This document shows positions 13,453 through 29,100 of a stretch of 64,000 nucleotides of DNA, piece after piece. The stretch's first letter is position 1. Each line of letters opens with the position of its first letter. The notes under the pieces are model-generated. The model was given only the letters and a program-made list of their open reading frames with translations. It did no database searches and was not told where the DNA came from. Source of the stretch: Tubiluchus corallicola (Eukaryota; Animalia; Priapulida); assembly GCA_030141605.1 (NCBI GenBank), contig JAQGDQ010000372.1, positions 164,768 to 228,767 of the forward strand. The letters run 5' to 3'. The position numbers and the translations under genes were made by a program.

Positions 13453-15778
13453 CTATAAAGTCACCTAGTCTGCTATCCTTTACCAAATATAGATAAAATG
13501 ATTTTTAATTTAAGGAAATTTATCAGTTTAATTTAGGAAACATTAATAATTTTAAAATTATGACATTTGCTATATAATTAAGTAATCCAGAGTAAAGAAA
13601 ATACATGTACTTTAATTAGCGAGCAACAAAATAAGGTCAATCTTGATTAAACTAAAAATTGCATTTAGATTTTATGTGAAATACAGGTCAAAAAATTGTT
13701 ATGAAATGATAAAAACACTTTGGGTTAATAATGCAATTAATCAACAACAGGAGTTAAATACATTTTGATTTGAGTTCAACTTCATTATTTCTAGGCTTAT
13801 TGATTAAGAACAAATCTACTGACTTGGACAATAATACTAAATAATATAATTCTCAATATACTGATAAGACAAACATTTAGCTATACAGGTTTTTTTAGTA
13901 ATTTTACAAAGGAGAGCTAAGACTTGTGTAATCTGTGAACAACACCTAAATCTTTACTCATAAAGTAGTACTGCAGTATGACTTTAATAATTAGCCATTT
14001 AGCAGTTTGATGTGGGTGAGTGATTGATTCATGAGAATTATAGTTTTTTTTCTGTTTTTGTCATTAAAATGGGTCACTTATTACAATAAAATTGAGTAAG
14101 CCTCAGCGTAATGTTAAGATAACAACACTGTTCAAGACAAATGCGTCCAGTGCTTATTAAAAAAAACTAAAGTGCAAAACTAAGGCCTAATTATATACAA
14201 TTATTTACAAACACCATATTAAAATATTTTTACAAAACAATATTACAAAAGTACATTAATTTTTACATGACGTATTTTACACTATAGGCCTATATACATT
14301 TGACGTGACACAATTAACAGAAACATGCTTTACATTACATAAATTTCGCTCATTACATTTACATTATATTTATACATTTGACATTACAAAACTAACATAA
14401 CACGTATTACATTACATAATTTTTTAAAATTTTTACATTCCTAATCGTTTTATGGAGTCAGGGGCGGGGGTAGATGAAAGTTGAGTCTGTGTAATTAGTA
14501 TCAGATGCACAATGTGGAAGTTTACACCTGTTATACTGATATTCTTTTAATTTCTTTTTAAAGTGGTGGAGAGATTATATTTGCTTTATTTCACTGGGTA
14601 GTAAGTTCCATAAATGTATGGCTTGTTTTGATATAGAATTATTTCCAAATTTATTGTTTACTGTAATTTGCTTTAAATTGTGTGTTCTAGGGTTTAATGT
14701 GGTATCAGGAATAAATGCTAAGTTGCATCAGCCTTGGCTGCAAGAGTCTGCTAGGTTAGAAGGTTACAAGGCTGCATAAGTCTATTGCAATAATTTTCAT
14801 TTATACCTATATATAGCACGCTCTTCTATATAGCCATGCAGCGATTTTGCACCTGTGCCCTATGGAGTCCATATGTATTGTAGCAAATGAAAATGTTGCA
14901 TCACACTTGAAAAGTATTCTAGAAAAATTCTGTTACAGAATAAGAGTTTAGCATGAGATGAACGTCCTTATTTGGTTAGCTGCAACGAAACTCAAATTAG
15001 TGGGGGGGATTTTTGAAACACCCTGTACTTTCCCACTGCAGCCTGTTGCTCTTTAATGGTGCCATACGTTTTGCATAATATGTATAAAACTGCTTTCTAG
15101 CATATTGACACAAAAGCTTTATTAACTAATCTAATAAAAAACTAGGTTCGTTAAGACAAATAATTTTTATCATTTTTGTTAATGTCACTCATTATGTATT
15201 ACCAACTGTTTACAGTGATGTCATCGCAATTTACTAATGTATTATTGATTCAGAGGAAGCTAATTTACGTTTTAGTGACTTAAGTCATTAATTTATTTAA
15301 TTAATAATTTACACATTCACGTAAATAAATTTCGATTATTTGTTCGTCCACCGCCATGCAAAGATTTGAGCTAATTCATCTTTGCAAAAATCTGTAATGC
15401 GGTAGCGTGTTTTATGTTGATGTGCCTAGATTTCTATCTCGTAGAAATAATGTAATACAGTACACCATTATGCGTGTTGCCGAACTACTTTATTTACAAT
15501 GCGTTCTGACGCATTAATACATAACAGCGTGCACAAATTTTTGTTCCGTGTGCGCGACCGACTTCCGACTTTGTCGCACACACGTCAAGAGTATTTCCTC
15601 TATTCTTTCTGTTGTAATGCAAACAAATATCGCGATTAGCTAGCCTGTCGTCACAGTAATTTTTCACATACGTATCCTACTTAACGTAAAATTAATGGTA
15701 TTAGAAATTTGAAATATAACGACAAAAAAACAGCATTGCGCAAAAAATCTCCTCTACTGTACAACAAAAACCGGCCAA

Positions 15779-16210
15779 TCAAACAGGTAATAACGTCGCC
15801 ATTGTTCTGTTTCCAGTATCCATGAGTTTGTTGACGAGTGGGAGAGACGTCCCAGTAACGACGCTTTGTTTACTCTTGATTAGCAATGATTGAGTTAGAC
15901 AATCTTGTATACGGATGGCACTTGGGGAGGGCATCCTATGATTAAAGTGTTGCAAGTTGGTTCTCCTGCCAGCTGCTGGGAGGAATTGGAATAACGTCTC
16001 AGAATAGTTCAGGATTCCGGGATTTCCACTGCTGTAAAAAACAACACCAACATCTTAAGATTCATTTTTTGGGATAAATGAACTAAAAAATATTATACTA
16101 GCCTTCAGAAAGATGTATCCTAAATTAAACATGTTTTCAACTAAAACGCATTAATGTTAAAAATCATTGAATTAAATTACACTCGTGTCCAGTAATGAAG
16201 TGTGTACGCT
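15779..16210 (-). CDS. Possible terminal exons of an unidentified small gene (16183..16210, 15779..16031)
   Basis: GC-richer island with a polypyrimidine-CAG acceptor and an 83-codon open frame (SGNPGILNYSETLFQFLP...MATLLPV*), plus a phase-compatible 28-nt upstream mini-exon. No homology recognised. Confidence 0.25.
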
Positions 16211-17488
16211 CTACAAGTTGATGCTTTTACATATTTTGCAATAATTACGAGAGGCAATTTAATGGTCCATATTTGAATAAACTGATGCTGATCAGAATTT
16301 ATTAACCAAAAGCACTTCCTAATAAAGACAGCAAAAACTATGAACTATGAATTTATTTTCACACATCAAAATACAATATCATACACATTAATAAACTTTA
16401 AATAAAATAATTTGAGCAGTGCGAGGTGAGTGTACGACCATACGATCATTAACACACTCACCTTGCATAAATGAAAAAATGATTATAGTTATGCATGCAT
16501 CTGTAGATAACTTGATGTAAATAAAGATGAAGAGATTAAATTATACATTATATTTGTAGTAATAACTATAATTGTATAGAACATTTAAATATAATTCATG
16601 GTAATAAAGATGATAGTATCACGTTTAAACAAGTCACCAATTGATGCAAAATCGAGTGTTGCATATTCACTTCTTAATTCCGGCTATGGGTAGAACAACA
16701 GTACACATGTCCCCCCCCCCCTTTAGAGCGAGTTATCGCAATTGGGTTCTCCGTTCTCTTTGTAATCTGTAGTATAACAAAAATCCACCGTGCATTTGCT
16801 TCACACCGTCGAATTAAAACTCAACACACAAACAAAACTCAACATAAAACACCAGTCAAGCACCTGTGCAACTTCATACGTGTCTAATATGTTAATATCT
16901 TACCCAAAGCCATTTTCTTATAAATATTGCAAACTTTATTAATTACTCGAAAATTCTGTGTCAACTCAATGTAGAGTTTTATGCAATTATGCTATTAATC
17001 ACAGCTTCAATTGTGTTTTTAATTGTAAATCAATTTTATTTCATCTTAACACTATCCTATCCTAACACAGCAGTCTTCACTGAAAAGATTTTGTGTCATA
17101 GTCTTGCCTATTTTAGCTTATTTCTTATTTAATTTATTTTATTATTCGCAATTTAGTAGAGAAAGTACAGTGGCGTACGACAAAACTGCATGAAGCTGCC
17201 AAAATTATTTTAGCATAATTAGCACCGTTTGGCTAAATTCAGTTTAAAAGCTGGAGGACCATAATGTTGCTAATTATGTCTTCAAATATTAGCAGTTTTG
17301 AGTTATTCATTTACGATGCAACTACATAAATAGGTCAGTCTGGTGGTAATGCTGTTTTCATGCTGGTTCTAGTTATTTATATACAGTAAGTTTTTAATAT
17401 TGTGACGTCACAACAGAATTTATTTTCCACTAATGGGAAACGACTGTATCACTTCACTCACTTGTCTGACTGCAGTATACTTTTTTAA

Positions 17489-17942
17489 CCCTTTCATACC
17501 TGTTGTATCCTGTGGGATACGAGAATATTTTCTGCCTTTGAAATTAATAAAATTTTAAAACTGACGGTTATTTGATCTGTTAATAGTTATTTTGATTTAA
17601 GTCAATAACAATAGACTAAAATGGTGATAAAATGGCAAACTAGAAAATCTACATTGCATAAAAAACTGCTCAAGGTACAGTACTTTAGAGACGACTTTGT
17701 ACAGATCAGCATAGCATGAATACTAAACGTCTTGAATACTTTAAAAAATTATCAGCAGTTGCAAAATGAAGCACATTTTATGCTTCCATTGAATCCCAAT
17801 GTATCTCGTGGGATACAGGCTATATTTAGCACGCGGGCACAGGTAGAAAAAAATTATTATGTGTAAACAAGATGGACATACTGAACAAAAGTACTAAATC
17901 AAAAAACATTTCTTATTAAAAAACAATTTGAGACTGAAAGGG
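17489..17942 (+). mobile_element. piggyBac-type MITE
   Basis: TTAA|CCCTTTCA...TGAAAGGG|TTAA. A near-identical inverted copy lies at 61897..62343. Confidence 0.85.
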
Positions 17943-18664
17943 TTAACAAATAACCTGGGTATACCACCAGGGTATCGGTAGAACGTGTGTGTATCGGCGC
18001 TATGTGGGGGGTCATTTCTTCACCTAATTCTCAGTATACTTCAGGTTATATAATTTCTTTGCTGGTATACTGAACCTGTGTTATGGTCGTGCTTATGATG
18101 ATGTTACTTTGAACTTGCACAAAGTTCAATAAATTTAATAAACTTTAACTTGCACAATTACTTTAAGACACACATGGTCTGGTATCTATTTATACAGTGC
18201 GCGTGTAATTTAAGCTATGACATATCAAACTTTAATTGTCCCTGTAAACGGTGTTGATTCTTTGTTTAAATGTTTCATCATGTTTGTACTAGCGAGTCTT
18301 CCCCTGGGTCACCCCATAATGGGACCCCTCATTGTGATGTACCCGTATCAGGACACCCTAATTCAGTATCTACATTCTACATCTACGGAACAATGGTCAG
18401 CAAGTTTTGAACATAATTCATGAGTTGCGTCTAGGCAAGCCTGAAACTACTGACTCGAACTAACCTCTGAGTCAGCTAAGAACAAACGAGTGATCATCGT
18501 TGCTTGACCACTGGCTACTTGCTGGCCCGTTGTTTTGGACGCCTCGCCTGTTACTGGTTTTTCATTCAGTGATCAATGGTTTAATACAGTTTCAATGTGA
18601 TACCACGCAAACGATTGTTTTGTCCCTGAATGAAAAGGTAGCCACGGGTCATTGGCTGGACAGG

Positions 18665-18672
18665 TATATAAG
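18665..18672 (+). promoter_or_regulatory. Candidate TATA box of the TALE homeobox gene
   Basis: TATATAAG ~100 bp upstream of ATG 18770, with a CCAAT-like ATTGG just upstream (18651). Confidence 0.45.
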
Positions 18673-18769
18673 CACAGGACATTTTCTTTGTCCGGCTTTT
18701 AAAAAGTGACATTGCAGCGTTACAGTAGTTACGAAGTGGAAAACAACTTTACATAATACTAAGTGTTCT

Positions 18770-21521
<2,752 letters not shown>

Positions 21522-22155
21522 TAGTCCAATGAGTTTATTATTGTAAATGAATCACGTGCAAAATTACGTGACCGGAAACGGTGTTTATTTACTGAGAATT
21601 ATTTGACAATTTTTGTGCATCACTGTCATCATTGTTGTTGTCATCTTTGTCATCATCATCAGCGTCAGCATCACCGTCATGTCATCATTGTCATTGCAAT
21701 CAATCATAATCATTCAGATTACATCTGACACATTCTTTAGTTTTAGGACAATTTTCTACGAAAAAGTAGTAGAAACTTTAAGATAATTTATAAAAATGTT
21801 GCAAAAATATACAAAAATGTTGCAAAAATTTATTATTTAACCAACGTTTGCCTGACACTTAGTCAACAGCTTTAGACTGATTTGCACCTGTAAATTAGAA
21901 TGAAAAGTCGTAAAAACCTCACATAGATAGTTGCATTGCACTTACCAATCGACAGTCTTTTTAATTAATCTGCTGGTCAAATTAATTGTGATTATTTTGC
22001 GATAGTATGTGCAGCCTGAACCTAAAAATAGGCATGATTTTGTGACACGTGCGTGTATTAGTATCTTAATTTTTATGTTGTAGTGAAATTGACGTTAAAC
22101 TACTTATTTTATCTGAGAAATACGTTATTTGATAGTAACTGTGATGACTTTTAAT

Positions 22156-22539
22156 CAGGGCCTATTTCGGGGGGGGGGGGGAGTGGGGATACTTCCCTGG
22201 GGCCTCGCGCGAAGGTAACATTTTTTTTACTTTATGCGAACACACTGCCTCTCTCTCTCTCTCTCTGTCTGTCTCTTGCCGCACGCGCGCCGTTTACCAG
22301 TATTGACAAGTATTAAGAACTGGTCTTGAGAATAAAGCAGTTTTTCTTTCAATTGTTCTTTCCTTTGACAACTGTATAATTCCATATTTTCTCTTGGAAA
22401 TGCTTCTCCGGCATTCTAGCAGTTCAAAAATTTTCTGGGCGCCAACCATGGTGGAGCCCTCCATCCCAACACCCCCCACCCCCGAGGGGCCTCACACGCC
22501 CCACTTGCCCGGGCCTCGCTTAGGCTGAAATAGGCCCTG
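22156..22539. mobile_element. hAT-type MITE (family B)
   Basis: TIRs CAGGGCCTATTTC...GAAATAGGCCCTG and a perfect 8-bp TSD CTTTTAAT. Confidence 0.9.
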
Positions 22540-24196
22540 CTTTTAATAACGTCATCACATTTTTGACATTGATAAAATAACTTGACATTTTCGCATAACT
22601 TAATGCGTTATAGCAAAATGGTGTCTTATTATTATTATAAACTGTGATTAATAAAAATGTTTTTTTGTGATTAAAATGTTGTCATATTCACGCTGTCGTC
22701 GCAAGTTTGCATTTTTGTATTTTAGAAGAAACTTTGTAAAGTAATAGAATGTTTGTGGAGAGTAGTCAAATACCAGGCACTTTCTCATAAATCTAGTAAA
22801 TGAAGTGAACAGAAAATTATAGAATTACTCAAACTAACACACAATTTATTAATAAGTTATTCGGGACTTGTTTGATTTGAGAGGAAAAAACGAGAATAAT
22901 TATTATCATTATTATGAGTCTATTTCGTATAAACAGTTTACAAAGATAAAGATGTTAGTAAAACAGGTAATGCGATGTTAGTAAAGTAACATATCTACAG
23001 AATTCAATTATTTTGTAAATTACTTAAAGAAAAGGTAAGAACATATAATAAATATTAAATATTTATTTCGTATAAAAATATACAGTTTACAAAGATAAAG
23101 ATGTTAGTAAAACAGGTAATGCGATATTAGTAAAGTAACATATCAGACATTCAACTTTATAATAACCACACATTGTAGTTCCCTTGTAATTATAAGTATA
23201 CAGTGTTGTAAGGAGCTATAGTAGATATCTTAAAACAATCTTTAAATGAGTTCTTAACCTTTAATTTTACATTTTCGTTTAGATCTACAGTACAACCATA
23301 TTTAAATCTGAAATTTACTCGACTGTTATTTACATTGACAAATAATAAGGAAATCATATATAACATAACAAATCAATCATTATCATAAAATCGCCGCTAG
23401 TTAATGCAGAAATCGTAAAGTTGTTTATTTCATGCGTTTAAAAACACACACAGCGTCAGTTGCCGTGGCAACAACGACTATCATTTTTAAAACTTAACCA
23501 ATGTGGAAAGATAACTGCGTAAAATTTCAAATGGCTCTATTAATAATACTTTCTCTCAAAAATGAACATTTGAGAAGTACTTCTCTTATAATATACGCAA
23601 ATTACAAAGGTATAGGACGGCAAAATGGAGTTATAGTGGTACTGGTTGTAAGAAAAATGTATACCAACAAAATTTGCATGACATATGTCACATGCGCATT
23701 CATTTCTCGTACACACCCCACTTTAAGTATGGCTAAAGCATTATTACATGTCTTGTGTTGTGTACATAAGCATTATGGTGGTGTAAAGGAAGACATATAG
23801 ATAATTACATACTTATAACTAAACGATTATCAAAATAAAACAAAAAAACTCGCAAAAAGTTGTCCAATGTACATGGACTTAAGCCTAAGCTAACATATGT
23901 AGCAGCTACTGATTACAAACACTGAGCTAGCAATTTTCAAAAATGTACAATTATTAACAAAGCGAAATGGAAACTTTACAAAAAATGAAGATGCATGTAT
24001 CTTAGTGCGTATTGCTTACCACCTTCAAGTAAAAGAATAAAAAATCTATTAATTCTGATTTGTCTGAAGCTACTTCATGCACAGCAGTAGGTTGAAACGT
24101 CACATCGTTTAATGTTTTTATCTTTTGTTGTGATGTGTTTTTCAATTGTTGCAGTTTTTCGGATTAACAATTTTAGATTAAGAAGGGTAAAGGACA

Positions 24197-24407
24197 CAGG
24201 GCCTATTTCAAGGGGGGGATACTTCCCCTGGGCCTCGTGCCTAGGTAAAAATTTTTGCTTTATGCGAACATACTGCCTCCTCGTTATTTTCTCTTCGAAA
24301 ATGCTTCTCCGGCATTCTAGCAGTTCAAAAATTTTGTGGTTGGCGCCCGCTCCCGGCCTCACACGCCCCACTTCCCCAGGCCTTTGTTTAGGGTGAAATA
24401 GGCCCTA
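24197..24407. mobile_element. hAT-type MITE (family B, shorter deletion derivative)
   Basis: Same TIRs as 22156..22539 and a perfect 8-bp TSD AAAGGACA. Confidence 0.9.
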
Positions 24408-26117
24408 AAAGGACATTAATAATGCTGAGTCAGATTAAGATCCTTAGTCAAGATAACGATGCGATAAAATTATTGAATTTGAAACAAAAAATACTTTGCC
24501 ACCTTAACTGAGACGTCATATGTAACCCTGGACAACAGAAGGTAAGCATAATACGAGGTTCTTAAGTAATTGCTGAAAGCTGCAAATACTAATGAATTAA
24601 ATATTGTTGGACGATTCTCATATATAACTCCTGAGAAGCCATGCAGCTAATACGAAAACAGATTCCAGAAATAACCTCTGAAGCCATGACTACCAGCATG
24701 CGTCAAAGCTGTGAAAAATTTATGTATGCAAAGCTACGCGCATGCGCATGCTAGCTTGAACTACAGTTGTAAATAAACAGAAATAATAATAGTAAACAAG
24801 CAGTGGAATAGAAAATGAAAATCTTTGTAGACTAATTGAAATATTCTCACTAGTAAACGTTGCCGAAGCCTGGTTATACGTACGGAATAAGTGCATTGGG
24901 GAAAATACAGGATATAAACGTAAAATAAACAAGTGATTAGATGAATATTGTCGTCATTGTCGTATACGATTAATGCATGATTAAGTGTATAATTAACAAC
25001 TATCTGTGAATGTAGCCGTGATTAGAAAACAGAGATTACTGTTTAGCTTCTAAACTCAGTGTTTCTGCAAGTTCGTTCGCGTGATAAAACAAGAGGAAAG
25101 AACAGAAGTTTTGACGATCGTCTCATCAAATTCAGATTGAGGTGAACACAGTATTTAACTTCAATGACGTCGTATAAGCAAAAAGTTGGTCTTCAGCCCA
25201 ACCTGCTTTCACCAAATTTGCTCAGGTAATCCAGTAATTTGTTTGTTTGTTTGTTTGTTTTTCGTTCATGTCGTACCCGGTGCTCACTACGCCTTTCTAA
25301 ACGTGTTGTGCATTTACACACAATAAAAAATCCATCATAAGTACAGTAAAACATCATAGTTACAGGTGCACAATTAAGAAAGTATAACACTGATGAAGTT
25401 ATTAAAAATTTTGCACAAAACGTACAAGCTAATTATCTACAGCAAAGAAATTATGGTAAAAAATAGGTCGTTATTGATTAATCGTTATCTGAACTTCTTT
25501 CTAATTCATTTCTTTTCTCTTTTTCTCTATCTCTGTCTATTATTTTATCTTAACTACTCCCTGTTTTTCTATAATTCTCTCTCTTGTTTTAAATTAAGCA
25601 GTTTTTTACACTTTTCAGGGTGGTCTTACAATCTTTGCTTCTTGACCACCATGCAGCATCTATTTCTTGTTGACAAACTATTATCTAGTTTAGTAACTAT
25701 GTTAATGTACTTCTGTTAAATTTTTGTTATTATATTTGGAATTTTTTCCCTAACTATATCATGCTATAGTATACTAATGTAGTTCTGTTAAAATTATTGT
25801 AACTATATTTCATTTTCTAGTTATAGGGCATAACAGTTAAAGACAATAATACAAATTCAATGTAAAAATACATGCTGAAGTGATAATAAATTACAATTAA
25901 AATTACAATGAATTAATCAATGGGGACTACTGCACAACTAAAATAAACAATAGACAACAGTACAACAATGGTATTCTGTTAATGCTACACTTTCATGATT
26001 AGTTTAATCAAGTTTTAATGCAGCGCAAAATTGGTTTCGGTTAATGAATTTTATGTGAACTGAACTTTATATTAAAACAGTCCATCGGTAGCTCTGGTTG
26101 GGACATCGCGGTCAAGG

Positions 26118-29100
26118 ATGTCCACAGTCAATTTATCCGGCTCTATGGTCAACCTCTGGCCACAAAAGACTCCCATCAGCACCTTGAACGTGGAGAAACA
26201 GTCTTCCAATTCATCTGGAGCAGACATTACTGTCGGTGAGTGTGCTTTATTGGAAATTATTACCACTTAGTACGTTTTCTTGTACCATGATGGTAGTCGG
26301 TTTCCATTTTATTGTTCGTTGAGGCTATGCATGTCTAAATGTTATACTTTTATATGGCTTATTTAATGATTTTCTGTGCACTGTTAATAATAGAGAAATA
26401 GATTTAATAGATTTATTTCGCAATAAACATATGCATATACATTACATGTGCATCGATAATGAGTTTTGTTAATACAAAAATATGATACAATTCATGAATT
26501 CTGCGCTAGAGACCTAAGAAGCTAGCATATGGTAGGCCACTAGAATTAGTTACGAAAAAAATTACAATATGTACAGATACAATATTACAATATATACAAA
26601 TATAAATACGGGTAGGAAGTAATAAAAATATTATACTAGAGGGGAAGTTTTTGAAAATGAAAAACAACAAATCATGATTGAGTGATCAGTTACATGTTTC
26701 AAGTAAGTTTAATTTATAATTTTTTTTAAATATGGACAGCGAGTTGGCATTTTTAATAGCTGGAGCAATTGAATTCCGTATGTAAGGGCCATTGTATTTA
26801 ATAGAAAATTTTCTAACATTAGTTTTGCACTGTATGTAGTGATAGTTAAGTCTATAACGTGTGCCGTAATTATGTATCTCAGCATTCAAACAAAAATAAT
26901 CAGTAAATAAGGGAGGCAATAATTTATGAGAGAATTTATACATGAAAATGGCAGTTTGGAACTTATTAATGTCATAAATGTTTAGAAAGTTTTGTCTTTT
27001 AAATATTGGTGGTGTATGGTCCTGATAACCTGCAAATGTTATAGCTCGCACTGAGTTAGTTTCCAGTTCACTGTAACTGAACCAGAACCACGCCTGATAG
27101 TATTTAATGTGGTTATACCAACAGCATCACAATGTTGCCTCATGTGCAGCTAAGTCGGTAGTGAAACCCAAGTGACATTTCAGGAAACTTTAGCGATTAC
27201 TGAGTTTAGATGGATTTCGAAGTCGAACGTAAAAAACATGTGTCAAAATTTATGTTCATGCACAAATCCTGGTTTCAGAAAAACACGTTTGGGTCACTCG
27301 CCCGCGAAGTAACTCTATAAAGAGGTCTGTACGAAGTTACATTGTCCTTGGTTCTTTACGTAATAAGTTTTTAACAGTTTTTGATAATGTGACGTCACAG
27401 CAGAGTTACTGTATAATTCAAAAGTTTTACGAAAAAAATAGGTCAATGACAAGGATAGAGGGTGTTCTAAATAACGTATAACCTGTCAGTTGTGCACAAA
27501 AAACTCGATAAGCAAGTAAACCAATGCTTCACTTTCCAGACTAGTTTCTGAAAAAGAAGTATTGCGCCTCAGCAGCATTACTAAAAGGAGAACGTAATAA
27601 TAACACGGGCTAAGCTGTACTGTCATTCTACATATCCACTTATATTGTAGTAATTATCTCAATCATTTCACAGCACTAGTTCACTTCAGACAGGATGATT
27701 TTTTTATATACTACCCCATTTTCAAGTCCGACAAAAAGTATACATTTTAACACAATAATACTGCAAAAGCGATACTGATAATACTGATAATTTATATAAT
27801 AGATTAAAAACTTAATTAACAGCGGGCGAGCTCAACAATTGATGAAATCACAAACTAATATAATTTTCAACAGCAAAAATTTTCCACGAGCGTATTGCAC
27901 GTGTTTGTGAAAGCGAAAATTGAAGTACGGTCCTACTGTAAGATATTCGGTGCGTTGTACTAGGCAAGTTTTAAGGTAAAAATTCAAATTTTAAATTTAC
28001 TGCTGTGTTTACACAGGAGCTGTCAAACGCGTGTAGTTCGTCACAAACTAACACATCCGAACTGAGAAGTACAGCACCCGTTTTTTGTACAAAGCGTTTC
28101 CAAAATGCAGGCGCTAGTGTCCATCTAACTAACGAATGACGAAATGCATGTAACAGCGGAGAACTAGTGGCGCGAACGTGAAATTGTGTTTGTGTGGTAA
28201 TAATTATTTCACGTAACTCATTTTTGAAAAAAATAGCATGTTTCCTTTCAATATTTCAAAAGTAGATTGTTTTGACCTACGGTTTAGGATTGGGTCCAGT
28301 TCTGCTTTAAGTTCAGTTTTACAAAAGTTCCACAGAATTTGCAACAATAAAACAAACGCTGCAAAGAAATGGGAATTTTTGAACGTCCTGTGTACAGAAA
28401 CTACCTACATATGTTTTAGGAACAACCGAGAGGAAGTCAAAAGATCCTGACCGAGATCAAGTAAACCACAGACCTAGCTCAAGAGCACATCTGCAAAAAA
28501 TGAAGACGATAGCGAGACTAGAAATCAACATGTTGAAACCACCTCCACCGGAACCGGAAACGGTTAAACATGATTCTGTAGAACTGATGAAACAACTCAA
28601 CGAATCAAAGGCTCAACTGGAGATGATAAAACTAAAAGCCAAACAAGACACCGCCGAACTCATGCGACCAACCCGAAGGCATCACAGACACCATCATCGA
28701 CATCACCGTCATCGCCGCAAGCTGGAAAGGAGAGTCACAGAAACGGAGCTAGATAAACGCGAACAACAAGAAAATATCAACGAAGACAGTGCGAAAAACA
28801 ATCTTCTGAAGGTCCTAGACAATACAGAAAAAACGTTGAACAATACAAATCAGTCTCAAAGAACTGATGTAGATTCTAGACCACCTGCTAAGTTTTTCCT
28901 TCCCTCGCCTTGTATAGAAGTAACAGATCATGATGATACCGAAAAGTTAGCGTCAGAAAATAGTCTTAGTGTGCCTAATGCTTCCTCACATACATTAGCA
29001 CAAAACAAAAATCACAGAATAATTAAATCACGACTAGAGGACAGAGTGAATGCTCTGGCGGGATTTGACATCACTGACGCTGACGACAGTGATCAAGTTT

